Assembly: GCA_017457305.1 (NCBI GenBank)
Contig: JAFTHP010000044.1
Span: 118,411 to 182,410, forward strand
DNA from: Clostridia bacterium
GTDB taxonomy: Bacteria; Bacillota; Clostridia; Christensenellales; CAG-314
Reading direction: 5' to 3'
DNA: 64,000 nt
In this document: positions 1 to 9,804 of the stretch, in pieces
Numbering within the stretch: the first letter of the stretch is position 1
Layout: every line of letters begins with the position of its first letter
Notes under the pieces: generated by a model
The model's input: only the letters and a program-made list of their open reading frames with translations
What the model was told of the DNA's origin: nothing
Databases searched by the model: none
Position numbers and translations under genes: made by a program

Positions 1-1
1 A

Positions 2-370
2 CAAGCTCCAACAGAAGAAGCAAATCAATCTCAATCAGAAAATCTTATTACCGTAGTAGAACCAGAAGAAGAAGCGCACCAACAACTAATTGAAGATATC
101 GACACAGCCGAACAAGATATTGCTAGTAGCCCAATCGACTTTAGCCAAGCGGACGAAGCCGTTGCAAACATTGTTATCCGCCCAGAAGATATCTACCCAA
201 TTACAAACCTAGACGGAACTATTGCACCACGTCCAGTAAACACCGCTCAACCTGTTAGCGTGCTGGATAGCAAGGTGGAAAAATTGCTTTTGTACAAGGA
301 ATACTTGTACCGTGGCGTTATCACCGAAAAGGAATATGCCGCACTCAAGAAAAAACTATTGGAAGAATAA
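2..370 (+). CDS. 3' end (about 122 codons) of a CDS entering from upstream; acidic/Pro-rich region followed by a SHOCT-like C-terminal tail
   Basis: Open frame from position 2 to TAA at 368-370. The tail KVEKLLLYKEYLYRGVITEKEYAALKKKLLEE looks like a SHOCT short C-terminal domain. A hairpin terminator follows. Confidence 0.45.
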   Translation, partial: QAPTEEANQSQSENLITVVEPEEEAHQQLIEDIDTAEQDIASSPIDFSQADEAVANIVIRPEDIYPITNLDGTIAPRPVNTAQPVSVLDSKVEKLLLYKEYLYRGVITEKEYAALKKKLLEE

Positions 371-474
371 CACACAACGTCAACACTACTAACTAGTAGC
401 CTTGCACATATTTAGTACGTTGTTATTTCCACAATCAGCTACACACAAATCGCAAATAATAAAATAACAAAAAA

Positions 475-499
475 CCGTCAGAAATCTGACGGTTTTTTT
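475..499 (+). terminator. Rho-independent terminator
   Basis: CCGTCAG-aaat-CTGACGG stem followed by a T7 run. Confidence 0.8.
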
Positions 500-655
500 G
501 TTGTTAATTTTATTACTGTTAACCTAGTTGCAGTTGGAAATGATAGCTTTGAAAAAATACATTGGGGGAGGAATTGAAAAACAAAACTATCGGTTGTTTG
601 GGGAAAATCCAACTGTTGCCCTAGGCAACGTTATTACAAATTTGTAAAAGACTGG

Positions 656-1198
656 TTATTTCTTGAAATAACGGTTGTATAGTCCCAAAAATGCTTTGCC
701 GTGTCTAGCTTCGTCGCGAGCCATTTCGTGAACTGTATCGTGGATAGCATCCAAACCAAGTTCCTTAGCACGCTTTGCAAGTTGAGCCTTACCCATTGTT
801 GCTCCGTTTTCTGCTTCAATACGCATAGCAAGGTTCTTTGCTGTGCTATCGCTTAGAACTTCGCCAAGAAGTTCAGCAAATTTAGCTGCGTGTTCAGCTT
901 CTTCCCAAGCTGCCTTTTCCCAGTAGAGACCAATTTCTGGATAACCTTCTCTGTGAGCAACACGTGCCATAGCAAGGTACATACCAACTTCGCTGCATTC
1001 GCCTTCGAAGTTCATGCGCAAATCGTCGATGATATCTTGTGGAACGCCTTGAGCAACACCAACAATGTGTTCAGCAGCCCAGCTCATATCGCCTTGTTGA
1101 GCAACAAATTTAGCAGCTGGAGCTTTGCAAACTGGGCACTTTTCGGGTGCAGAATCACCTTCGTGAACATAACCGCAAACAGAACATACATATTTCAT
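656..1198 (-). CDS. rbr: Reverse rubrerythrin (N-terminal rubredoxin-like CxxC..CxxC domain, C-terminal diiron four-helix domain)
   Basis: 180 aa. N-terminus [20 protein letters not shown], then ExxH-type diiron motifs ([18 protein letters not shown]). AGGAG RBS present. Confidence 0.9.
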   Translation of the reverse strand: MKYVCSVCGYVHEGDSAPEKCPVCKAPAAKFVAQQGDMSWAAEHIVGVAQGVPQDIIDDLRMNFEGECSEVGMYLAMARVAHREGYPEIGLYWEKAAWEEAEHAAKFAELLGEVLSDSTAKNLAMRIEAENGATMGKAQLAKRAKELGLDAIHDTVHEMARDEARHGKAFLGLYNRYFKK

Positions 1199-1253
1199 AA
1201 TAACTTTTCTCCTTGATAATCAATAAATTTTGTGCACCACCGGTGCTGGTTTT

Positions 1254-1289
1254 GTTGCAATGTGCTTGATAAATGCAACACATTGCAAC
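1254..1289 (-). other. Intercistronic stem-loop (perfect 11-bp inverted repeat) between the rubredoxin and rubrerythrin genes
   Basis: GTTGCAATGTG (1254-1264) and CACATTGCAAC (1279-1289). Flanked by two shorter hairpins (GCACC/GGTGC and GTGTGC/GCACAC). Confidence 0.6.
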
Positions 1290-1334
1290 CGCTGTATTGC
1301 ATGTGTGCTTGATGCACACCTAATTGTTTACTAA

Positions 1335-1448
1335 TTATTCGTCAATTTCTTCAAATTGTTCTGGACCAACGCCACAAAGTGGACATTCTTGTGGAGCTTC
1401 TTCGCCTTCGTGAACATATCCGCATACTGTGCAAACCCATTTTTTCAT
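1335..1448 (-). CDS. Mini-rubredoxin, 37 aa (too short for the ORF track)
   Basis: Translated by hand: [37 protein letters not shown]. It has CxxC...CxxC with the same GYVHEG core as the rubrerythrin N-terminus. A GGAGAG RBS lies upstream of the ATG at 1448. Confidence 0.7.
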   Translation of the reverse strand: MKKWVCTVCGYVHEGEEAPQECPLCGVGPEQFEEIDE

Positions 1449-1511
1449 AATAATTCTCTCCTTATTTTGTAAATATTTTATTTTTTTGTGCCAACTTGGT
1501 TGGCTAATTGT

Positions 1512-1883
1512 TTATTCTTGTGTTTGATTGCTACTGCAATCATTGCATACGCCGTACATGATAACTTCGCAACGATTAACTTGTGGAATTTTATGATGTA
1601 CGTCAAACTGATTTAGTTCAACGTCGGTAACGCAGCGACATTTTTCACATACATAGTGTGCGTGAGGATCGGTACGAGCATCAAAACGCTCGGAGCTGTT
1701 TTCCACACCTACTCGATGAATTCTACCACAACTAACAAGCTCTGCAAGGTTGCGGTACACTGTGCCAAGACTAACGTGTGGCATAATCTTGCGAACTTCT
1801 TGATAGATCCAGTTAACATCGGGGTGGGTAGTTGTTCCGCAAAGAACTTGGTACACCGCTTCTCTTTGTTTGGAATATCTCAT
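1512..1883 (-). CDS. Fur-family metalloregulator, probably PerR-like peroxide repressor
   Basis: 123 aa with a winged-helix N-terminus (GTVYRNL), HAHYVCEKC and CNDC metal motifs. First gene of the rubredoxin-rubrerythrin operon. Confidence 0.8.
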   Translation of the reverse strand: MRYSKQREAVYQVLCGTTTHPDVNWIYQEVRKIMPHVSLGTVYRNLAELVSCGRIHRVGVENSSERFDARTDPHAHYVCEKCRCVTDVELNQFDVHHKIPQVNRCEVIMYGVCNDCSSNQTQE

Positions 1884-1906
1884 ATGTTTTCCTCCTTTGT
1901 GATTAT

Positions 1907-1935
1907 ATGATAAACTTTATCACTTATTTTGTCAA
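1907..1935 (-). promoter_or_regulatory. Sigma-A-type promoter (TTGACA-17-TATCAT) overlapped by a Fur/PerR-like box
   Basis: On the minus strand, TTGACA is at 1935-1930 and TATCAT at 1912-1907. The palindrome TGATAA-ACT-TTATCA (1908-1922) matches 13 of 15 positions of the classical TGATAATNATTATCA box. Confidence 0.6.
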
Positions 1936-2145
1936 GCCTTTTTTCAAAAATAATTGAAAAAAATTATCATTTATTTTTACACACCCCTATTTTACCCTTA
2001 TTTTGCTACAATTTGACGGCTTTTGTGGCTGTAAAAAGCAAACTTATATGGATATATTTATATGCTGTAATATATCTATTACTTCAAATCAGTTGAAAAA
2101 AAGATAAATATGCTGTAAAATTATCCTATCACAAGTGGGGTTAAC

Positions 2146-2871
2146 ATGACGGCACAACAACTTCTTAGCCCAATGAGGCGAGCAATCAACGATTACGATA
2201 TGATACAGCCCAACGACAAAATTGCAGTTGGTGTCAGTGGCGGCAAGGATAGTCTTGCATTGCTTACCCTTTTGCATGCTTTCCAACGGTTCTCCGACAA
2301 GCCATTTGAGCTGATGGGCATAACCATCGACATGGGCTTTGCCGAAGATACCTTTGAGCCAGTAAAAGACTACTGTCAACGGCTGGGCATACCTTACTCC
2401 ATTGTAAAAACAGATATTGCCGAAATTATATTTGACGTACGCAAGGAAAAAAATCCTTGTAGCCTGTGTGCAAAGATGCGCCGTGGGGCACTCAACAACG
2501 AAATAAATGCTCGCGGCTTCAACAAACTGGCGCTTGGTCACCACCGTGATGACGTTGTAGAAACCTTTATGCTAAGCCTATTCCACGAAGGACGTCTTAG
2601 CACCTTGCAACCAAAATCATATATGAGCCGTAGTGACGTAACACTAATCCGCCCAATGATTTACCTTGCCGAAAAGGACATTGCCGCCTTTACCAAGGAT
2701 ATGCCTGTGGTAAAGAGCCCCTGCCCAGCAGATACTGCCACCCAACGAGAGAGCATGAAGGATATTTTGCGCCAACTAGACAAGCAGTACCCCGGCATTG
2801 CCACTAAATTTGCCAATGCCATCATGCACCCCGAAAGGTACAATTTGTGGAACAAAGATTTTACCGAATAA
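2146..2871 (+). CDS. ttcA: tRNA 2-thiocytidine biosynthesis protein TtcA-like PP-loop ATPase
   Basis: SGGKDS PP-loop and CSLCAKMRRG motif; 241 aa. Confidence 0.8.
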   Translation: MTAQQLLSPMRRAINDYDMIQPNDKIAVGVSGGKDSLALLTLLHAFQRFSDKPFELMGITIDMGFAEDTFEPVKDYCQRLGIPYSIVKTDIAEIIFDVRKEKNPCSLCAKMRRGALNNEINARGFNKLALGHHRDDVVETFMLSLFHEGRLSTLQPKSYMSRSDVTLIRPMIYLAEKDIAAFTKDMPVVKSPCPADTATQRESMKDILRQLDKQYPGIATKFANAIMHPERYNLWNKDFTE

Positions 2872-2941
2872 TCCACAACTAGCAAGTGTCAATTGTAAAC
2901 CATTGCAATTAACTTGATTTTTACCCCATATCGTACGCCAA

Positions 2942-2978
2942 CAAAAAAAAGGACTATCCACAATGGTAGTCCTTTTGT
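2942..2978. terminator. Bidirectional hairpin terminator between convergent genes
   Basis: AGGACTA...TAGTCCT stem flanked by an A-run and a T-run. Confidence 0.7.
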
Positions 2979-2995
2979 TAATCAAAGTTATCTAG

Positions 2996-3532
2996 TTATT
3001 TGTTGTTTTGTCTTTGGATGATTTTTAGTAGTCGTGGTCGATTGAAGCGTTGCATAACAATAAAAATACTGTCAAAAAGTGCGGCAAAAACGCTTGTTAG
3101 AATAAACACCAATGGCTCGCCAAACCACACGATGGCAATTAGCGGCAAAAAGCTAAACAACACTATTATTTCGTGCACAATTTCCGCTTGACAACCAGCT
3201 TGTGCAATTTCCGATACCGAGTGGATAGAAATATCAAATGCCGAAGGATCGTAGGTGGGCATTTTCCCTTTCCATCTTTTTACGCCCAGCCAATCGTAAA
3301 AACGCTGTTCACCTTTACCAACTACAAACCACTTGTTGTGGATATTCACCTTGTTGTGCAGTATGCCGTTTACCACACCGCCAACGGCAAGTCGCATAGC
3401 AAAGTGGTACAAAGTTGTGCCAATACTGATAGAAATTGCAAGAAATGCACCATCGTACAACAAATACATCGACAACGACAAGCCAAACAATACCGCTAAT
3501 ACTATGGTCAAATCTATCATACCTTTCTTCAT
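2996..3532 (-). CDS. CrtO-family (glycosyl-4,4'-diaponeurosporenoate acyltransferase-like) membrane protein
   Basis: The C-terminal MQRFNRPRLLKIIQR closely resembles the VQRYNRPRL tail of staphylococcal CrtO as I recall it. Multiple TM helices. I prefer the ATG at 3532 (GGGAGAG RBS) over the TTG at 3580. Confidence 0.6.
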   Translation of the reverse strand: MKKGMIDLTIVLAVLFGLSLSMYLLYDGAFLAISISIGTTLYHFAMRLAVGGVVNGILHNKVNIHNKWFVVGKGEQRFYDWLGVKRWKGKMPTYDPSAFDISIHSVSEIAQAGCQAEIVHEIIVLFSFLPLIAIVWFGEPLVFILTSVFAALFDSIFIVMQRFNRPRLLKIIQRQNNK

Positions 3533-3664
3533 ACGACTCTCCCACAAAAGACCAATATTTACTACATTATTATACCACAAACAACACTAACAATCAACGT
3601 GGTCATTACAAAATGGTATTCTAACAGACATTTTTTGACAATATAATGTAAAAAGTGGAGAATA

Positions 3665-3913
3665 TTGTTGAATAATTACATTGAACAGCGAACCAAACAA
3701 CTAGGACAGTACATTGTAGACAACCATTGCACAGTTAGGCAGGTGGCAAAAATCTTTTACCTATCCAAGAGCACAGTACACAAGGACGTTACCACACGAC
3801 TTAAACAAATTGACAACAATCTGTACCAACAAGTGAACAAGATTCTACAAACAAACTGGAAGGAACGTCATATCCGTGGCGGACAGGCAACCAAACAAAA
3901 ATACCTTGGCTAA
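3665..3913 (+). CDS. spoIIID: Stage III sporulation protein D (mother-cell transcription factor)
   Basis: 82 aa. Contains YIVDNHCTVRQVAKIFYLSKSTVHKDVT and a RGGQATKQKY tail, typical of SpoIIID. TTG start. Confidence 0.85.
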   Translation: MLNNYIEQRTKQLGQYIVDNHCTVRQVAKIFYLSKSTVHKDVTTRLKQIDNNLYQQVNKILQTNWKERHIRGGQATKQKYLG

Positions 3914-3989
3914 GGTACAACAAGAAAGGCTAAATAGCGTAGCTTTGCCGTTATTCTGCCAATACTTTTTTCCAAGGTGTGCTAGTTGC

Positions 3990-4018
3990 TTGACAAAAAT
4001 GTTGCAAAAAACTACAAT
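3990..4018 (+). promoter_or_regulatory. Sigma-A-type promoter for glyQS
   Basis: TTGACA (3990-3995), 17-nt spacer, TACAAT (4013-4018). Confidence 0.6.
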
Positions 4019-4116
4019 GATATAGCACATAAGCATCAAATTATACTTTGATTGTTGACTACTTGTTTGTTCAACAGCAAAGTGTGTTGGATGCAATATT
4101 TACTAGGAGAATTATT

Positions 4117-5505
4117 ATGGCTGAACTTACAATGGAAAAGCTAGTTAACCTTGCAAAAGGCAGAGGTTTTGTATACGCTGGTAGCGAAATCTACGGCGGA
4201 TTGTCCAACTCTTGGGACTACGGTCCACTTGGCGTTGAAATGAAAAACAACATCAAGCAAGTGTGGTACAGAAAGTTTGTCAAGGAACACCCACTAAACG
4301 TTGGTCTAGACTCCGCAATACTTATGAACCCAAAAACTTGGGAAGCAAGCGGACACCTTGGTGGATTTAGCGATCCATTGATGGACTGCAAGGGTTGCCA
4401 CGCAAGATACCGTGCAGATAACCTTATTGAAGAATATCAAGCAAACAACGGCTTGGAAAACACCGTTGCTACAATGACAGATGAAGATATGTCCAACTAC
4501 ATTGCTGAACATCAAATCGTTTGCCCAGTTTGTGGCAAGTGCGACTTTACACCAATCCGCAAGTTCAACCTTATGTTCAAAACTTTCATTGGCGTAACAG
4601 AAAACAGCACATCTACTGTTTACCTTCGTCCAGAAACAGCACAAGGTATCTTTGTAAACTTCAAAAACGTTTGCCGCACCACTCGCCGCAAGGTTCCATT
4701 TGGTATTGGACAAGTTGGTAAATCCTTCCGTAACGAAATTACACCAGGTAACTTCATTTTCCGTATCCGCGAATTTGAACAAATGGAATTGGAATTCTTC
4801 TGCAAGCCAGGCACCGACTTGGAATGGTTCAACTACTGGAAGAACTTCTGCAAACAATGGCTACTAGACCTTGGTATCAAGGAAGAAAACCTTCGTTTGC
4901 GCGACCACGACCAAGACGAATTGTGCTTCTACTCCAAGGCTACAACCGACTTCGAAGTTAAGCTTCCATTTGGTTGGGGCGAATTGTGGGGAATTGCAGA
5001 CCGCACCGACTACGACCTTACACAACACCAAAACACAAGTGGCGAAAGCTTGGAATACACCGATCCAATCACTAACGAAAAGTATATTCCATACGTTATC
5101 GAACCAAGTCTTGGCGCAGACAGAGCATTTTTGGCATTTTTGTCCAACGCATACGAAGAACAAGCTGTTGGCGAAAACGATACTCGCGTAGTTTTGCACC
5201 TTCACCCAGAAATTGCACCTGTAAAAGCGGCTATTTTGCCACTATCCAAAAAGCTTAGCCAAAGCGCAACAGAACTTTACCACGATTTGCTCAAGGAATT
5301 TACCTGCGAATACGACGAAGCTGGTAGCATTGGTAAGCGCTACCGCAGACAGGACGAAATTGGTACACCTTTCTGCATTACAGTAGACTTCGAAACAGAA
5401 AACGATGGTTGCGTAACTGTTCGTGACCGCGATACAATGCAACAAGAACGCGTTGCACTTGCCGATTTGAAAGAATACCTCAAAAAGCGCATTTTCATTT
5501 ACTAA
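4117..5505 (+). CDS. glyQS: Glycine--tRNA ligase (dimeric class II GlyQS type)
   Basis: Start [29 protein letters not shown]... with an AGGAGA RBS at 4105-4110. The ORF-track start at 4048 lacks an RBS. Confidence 0.9.
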   Translation: MAELTMEKLVNLAKGRGFVYAGSEIYGGLSNSWDYGPLGVEMKNNIKQVWYRKFVKEHPLNVGLDSAILMNPKTWEASGHLGGFSDPLMDCKGCHARYRADNLIEEYQANNGLENTVATMTDEDMSNYIAEHQIVCPVCGKCDFTPIRKFNLMFKTFIGVTENSTSTVYLRPETAQGIFVNFKNVCRTTRRKVPFGIGQVGKSFRNEITPGNFIFRIREFEQMELEFFCKPGTDLEWFNYWKNFCKQWLLDLGIKEENLRLRDHDQDELCFYSKATTDFEVKLPFGWGELWGIADRTDYDLTQHQNTSGESLEYTDPITNEKYIPYVIEPSLGADRAFLAFLSNAYEEQAVGENDTRVVLHLHPEIAPVKAAILPLSKKLSQSATELYHDLLKEFTCEYDEAGSIGKRYRRQDEIGTPFCITVDFETENDGCVTVRDRDTMQQERVALADLKEYLKKRIFIY

Positions 5506-5523
5506 TTGACAAACAAACAACTC

Positions 5524-5556
5524 AAAGCGATGGCATCAACTGCTATCGCTTTTTTA
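5524..5556 (+). terminator. Rho-independent terminator after glyQS
   Basis: AAGCGATGGCA-tcaac-TGCTATCGCTT stem followed by T5. Confidence 0.75.
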
Positions 5557-5721
5557 TTATATTCGTTGGTATCCTGACTATAAAATTACAGTAAAATATT
5601 GCAAATACCACAATTTTATAGTATAATAAAAGGGTATTGCAAACTAGGTTGTTAGGGGCAAAAAACATACAGTTTTTTCCTTAGTTACAACCCAACAGTT
5701 GCAACACAGTAAGGAGTAAAA

Positions 5722-7866
5722 ATGAATATCAATCTAAAATTGACCGAAGAACTCAACGTTGCCAAATGGCAGGTAGATGCAGCCGTTTCACTAATTGACG
5801 AAGGCAACACAATCCCCTTTATTTCCCGTTACCGCAAGGAAGCAACAGGCAGCCTAAACGACGAACAACTTCGTAAGCTAAACGAGCGCCTAACCTACCT
5901 ACGCAACTTGGAAGAAAAGAAGGCACAAGTGCTCAAGAGTATCGAAGAACAAGGCAAACTTACCGATGAACTTCGTGCCGAAATTGAAGCAGCCGAAACT
6001 CAAGTTGCTGTTGACGACTTGTATCGCCCATACCGTCCAAAGCGCCGCACACGTGCAACCATAGCCAAGGAACAAGGTTTGGAACCACTTGCAGCAATAA
6101 TCTTGTTGCAACAAACAGATAAAAATGCCAAGGAACTTGCAAAGGACTTTGTAAACGAAGAAAAGGGTGTAAAAACAGTCAAAGATGCATTGCAAGGTGC
6201 ATTGGATATCATCGCCGAAATTATTAGCGACAATGCCGACTACCGCAAGGCAATTCGTGACCTTACTTTCCGCCTAGGCAAGATTACATCCGTTGCCAAA
6301 AAGCCAGAAGAAAAGACCGTTTACGACAACTACTACAACTACGAAGAAGAAGTTTCCAAGATTGCCGGACACCGTATCCTTGCAGTTAACCGTGGCGAAG
6401 CGGAAAAAATCCTTACAGTAAAAATCGTTGCTCCAACAGAACTAATCAACGACTACTTGGAGCGCCATGTTATAGTACGCGACAACCCAAATACAACTCC
6501 ACTACTAAAGCTTGCCATTGCCGACAGCTACAGCCGTCTAATTGAGCCAAGCATCTCCACCGAAATTAGAAACATGCTTACCGAGCGTGCAGAAGAAGGT
6601 GCAATTAGTGTATTTGGTAAAAACCTAGAACAACTACTAATGCAACCACCAATTGTTGGACAAGTTGTACTTGGATGGGACCCTGCTTTCCGTACAGGAT
6701 GCAAGCTAGCCGTAGTAGATCCAACCGGCAAGGTACTTGATACCACCGTTATCTACCCAACAGCACCCACCACCCCCGAAAAGATTGCACGCAGCAAGGT
6801 TGTTCTTGCACAACTAATCAAAAAATACAACGTTAGCCTAATTTCACTTGGTAATGGTACAGCTAGCCGCGAAAGTGAGCAAATCATCGTTGAGCTACTA
6901 AAGGAAACTGGAATAAAGGTTCAGTACGTAATTGTTAACGAAGCGGGCGCAAGTGTGTACTCTGCTAGCAAACTTGCAACAGAAGAATTCCCCAACTTTG
7001 ACGTTGGACAACGCTCCGCAGCAAGCATCGCACGCAGACTTCAAGACCCACTTGCTGAACTTGTAAAAATTGACCCCAAGTCCATTGGTGTAGGACAATA
7101 TCAACACGATATGAACCAAAAGAAACTTGGCGAAACACTTACAGGCGTTGTAGAAGACTGCGTAAACCGTGTTGGCGTAGACCTTAACACAGCCAGTGCT
7201 CCACTACTAACCTACATCAGCGGTATTTCTTCCACCATTGCAAAAAATATCGTTGCATATCGTGAAAAACACGGCCGTTTTACTAACCGCGAACAACTAC
7301 TAAACGTAGACAAGCTTGGTCCAAAGGCATACGAACAATGTGCTGGCTTCCTACGCATCACCGGGGGCACAAACCCACTTGATGCTACCAGCGTTCACCC
7401 AGAAAGTTACGCAGCTGCATTGCAACTGATGAAAAAGCAAGGTCTTTCCCCCGATAATATCGGCAAATTCTACGGCCTATCCAAGACAATCCGCAACTAC
7501 GAAAAACTTGCTGCTGAACTTGGCATTGGCGAAATTACATTGCGCGATATCGTTGCCGAATTGGAAAAACCCGGTCGTGACCCACGTGACGAAATGCCAA
7601 AACCAATCCTTCGCACAGACGTGTTGGAAATGAAGGACCTAAAGGAAGGTATGCTACTAAAAGGTACCGTTCGCAACGTAATTGACTTTGGCGTGTTTGT
7701 AGATATCGGTGTTCACCAAGATGGTCTTGTACACGTAAGCCAACTATCTTCCACCAAGTTTGTAAAACACCCATTGGAAGTGGTTAAAGTTGGCGATATT
7801 GTAGACGTAAAGGTGCTTTCCGTAGACCTACAAAAGAAGCGCATCAGCCTTACAATGAAAATTTAG
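5722..7866 (+). CDS. tex: Tex-like transcription accessory protein (YqgF/HHH/S1 domains)
   Basis: 714 aa. Contains IPFISRYRKE near the N-terminus and a C-terminal S1 domain (GTVRNVIDFGVFVDIG). Confidence 0.9.
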   Translation: MNINLKLTEELNVAKWQVDAAVSLIDEGNTIPFISRYRKEATGSLNDEQLRKLNERLTYLRNLEEKKAQVLKSIEEQGKLTDELRAEIEAAETQVAVDDLYRPYRPKRRTRATIAKEQGLEPLAAIILLQQTDKNAKELAKDFVNEEKGVKTVKDALQGALDIIAEIISDNADYRKAIRDLTFRLGKITSVAKKPEEKTVYDNYYNYEEEVSKIAGHRILAVNRGEAEKILTVKIVAPTELINDYLERHVIVRDNPNTTPLLKLAIADSYSRLIEPSISTEIRNMLTERAEEGAISVFGKNLEQLLMQPPIVGQVVLGWDPAFRTGCKLAVVDPTGKVLDTTVIYPTAPTTPEKIARSKVVLAQLIKKYNVSLISLGNGTASRESEQIIVELLKETGIKVQYVIVNEAGASVYSASKLATEEFPNFDVGQRSAASIARRLQDPLAELVKIDPKSIGVGQYQHDMNQKKLGETLTGVVEDCVNRVGVDLNTASAPLLTYISGISSTIAKNIVAYREKHGRFTNREQLLNVDKLGPKAYEQCAGFLRITGGTNPLDATSVHPESYAAALQLMKKQGLSPDNIGKFYGLSKTIRNYEKLAAELGIGEITLRDIVAELEKPGRDPRDEMPKPILRTDVLEMKDLKEGMLLKGTVRNVIDFGVFVDIGVHQDGLVHVSQLSSTKFVKHPLEVVKVGDIVDVKVLSVDLQKKRISLTMKI

Positions 7867-7960
7867 TTTTGTATTACAAATACAACACTACAACGACGTT
7901 GTCTGTTGCACACATATTACACTACAATACCTTGTAAATATAAACACTATAAAATACAAT

Positions 7961-7990
7961 ACCACCACAGCTATTTGTGGTGGTATTTTT
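7961..7990 (+). terminator. Rho-independent terminator after tex
   Basis: ACCACCACAG-ctatt-TGTGGTGGT stem followed by a T-run. Confidence 0.75.
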
Positions 7991-7994
7991 ATGC

Positions 7995-8031
7995 AAAAAA
8001 AACGGTCACCAATCAAGGTAACCGTTTTTTG
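7995..8031 (-). terminator. Terminator at the end of the hydrogenase operon (hairpin flanked by A- and T-runs)
   Basis: ACGGTCACC...GGTAACCGT stem with one mismatch. The A8 run on the plus strand gives a U-run on the minus strand. Confidence 0.65.
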
Positions 8032-8059
8032 TTATTTGTATGTTGATACTTGTACAGGA

Positions 8060-9793
8060 CTATTCCTTTGTGTACTTAGGTCTAGCTGTGTAGTGAGTGT
8101 GCAACAACTTGTGAGCAAGATGGCTGTTTGGTTCGCCAAGATGTTCAGCATAGATTGCCAAAACAGACTTGTTGTCGTGGCTCTTACGAACCTTCATAGC
8201 TTTGTCGCCACCGTACAATACGGAAGTACGAAGCTTGATGATGTTAGCGCGATCATTGTTGTAGTCACCGTTGATTGGTTGTCCACCACCGTTTACGCAA
8301 CCGCCTGGGCAAGTCATAACTTCTACAAAGTGGTAGTCAGCTGTGCCAGCGCGAACTTTGTCAAGAATAATCTTAGCATTTGTAATACCGTTAACAACTG
8401 CAACCTTAACGTCAACGCCGTTTACGTTGTATGTTGCTTCCTTAACGCCATCCAAACCACGAACTTCGACAAAATCAATTGGAGCATCCTTTGCGCCCAA
8501 TTTTTCTGCAGCTGTTCTCAAAGCAGCTTCCATAACACCACCAGTTGCACCAAATAGCAATGCTGCACCTGTGTATTCACCAAATGGATTGTCCAAAGCA
8601 CCGTTTTCAAGGTTACGGAAATCAATACCGTAGTTCTTGATTAGGCGAGCAAGTTGACGGGTTGTCAAAACTGCATCAACGTCTACAAGATCTTCTGTAG
8701 CTGTGCGAAGTTTTTCGCCCTTCTTGCCTGTGCAAGGCATGACGGATACTACGTAAACGTTCTTAGGATCGATACCTTCACGCTTAGCGTAGATGTGCTT
8801 CATCAAAGCGCCGAACATATTTTGTGGAGATTTGCATGTGGAAAGGTGATCAAGAAGGTCTGGATAGTTGCGTTCCATGTAGTTAACCCAACCTGGGCAG
8901 CAGCTTGTGAACATTGGCAAGCTTCCGCCAGATGTGATACGTGTAAGAAGTTCAGTAGCTTCTTCCATAATTGTGAAGTCTGCACTGCAGTTAACGTCAA
9001 ATACTTTCTTGAAGCCCATCATACGAAGAGCTGTAACCATTTGACCTTCTACGTTTGTTCCAACTGGGTAACCAAATTCTTCGCCAAGACCTGCTCTTAC
9101 AGATGGAGCAGAACCAACGATAACGTACTTGCTAGGATCGTTCAAAGCTTCTTTTACGTTTGCAAGTTCATCTTTTTCTGTCAAAGCACCTGTTGGGCAA
9201 ACGATAACGCATTGTCCGCAACCGATACATGGTGTGTTGATTAGACGAAGGTCAAATGCAGAACCAACTGTTGTGTTGAAACCACGTTCGCTAGCGCCCA
9301 AAGCACCAATACCTTGAACCTTGTTGCACATTGCAACGCAACGACGGCAAAGGATACACTTTGTGTTATCTCTTACCAAGTATGGGCTGGATGTATCCAT
9401 TGGGTCTGTGCAAACAGCACCATAGTAACGACGAGTGTCGCAACCATATTCGTAAGCCAATTTTTGCAATTCGCAGTTAGTGTTGCGGTCGCAGCTTAGG
9501 CATTCTTTGCGGTGGTTGGAAAGGATAAGTTCCAATGTTGTTTTGCGAGCCTTGATAACACGTTCTGTATTTGTGAACACTTCCATACCTTCGTTAACTG
9601 GATATACACAGCTAGCAACAAGGTTACGAGCGCCCTTAACTTCTACAACGCAAATACGGCAAGCACCAATTTCGTTAACGTCCTTCAAGAAGCACAATGT
9701 GGGAATTTTGATACCAGCTTGACGAGCAGCCGCCAAGATTGTTGTTCCGTTTTCTACTGTAACGGGAATATTGTTTATTTTAAGATTTACCAT
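8060..9793 (-). CDS. hydA: [FeFe] hydrogenase catalytic subunit HydA (multimeric NAD(P)-linked or bifurcating type)
   Basis: 577 aa. N-terminal 2Fe-2S and 4Fe-4S domains. H-cluster motifs FTSCCPGW, MPCTGKKGE and EVMTCPGGCVNGGGQP. Confidence 0.92.
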   Translation of the reverse strand: MVNLKINNIPVTVENGTTILAAARQAGIKIPTLCFLKDVNEIGACRICVVEVKGARNLVASCVYPVNEGMEVFTNTERVIKARKTTLELILSNHRKECLSCDRNTNCELQKLAYEYGCDTRRYYGAVCTDPMDTSSPYLVRDNTKCILCRRCVAMCNKVQGIGALGASERGFNTTVGSAFDLRLINTPCIGCGQCVIVCPTGALTEKDELANVKEALNDPSKYVIVGSAPSVRAGLGEEFGYPVGTNVEGQMVTALRMMGFKKVFDVNCSADFTIMEEATELLTRITSGGSLPMFTSCCPGWVNYMERNYPDLLDHLSTCKSPQNMFGALMKHIYAKREGIDPKNVYVVSVMPCTGKKGEKLRTATEDLVDVDAVLTTRQLARLIKNYGIDFRNLENGALDNPFGEYTGAALLFGATGGVMEAALRTAAEKLGAKDAPIDFVEVRGLDGVKEATYNVNGVDVKVAVVNGITNAKIILDKVRAGTADYHFVEVMTCPGGCVNGGGQPINGDYNNDRANIIKLRTSVLYGGDKAMKVRKSHDNKSVLAIYAEHLGEPNSHLAHKLLHTHYTARPKYTKE

Positions 9794-9804
9794 GATGTCA
9801 TCTC

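Noticed and set aside
3914-4116. Looked for a glycine T-box leader upstream of glyQS
   Set aside because: There is no T-box core (AANNNGGGTGGTACCGCG-like), no specifier stem and no terminator. Only a plain promoter and a short leader are present.
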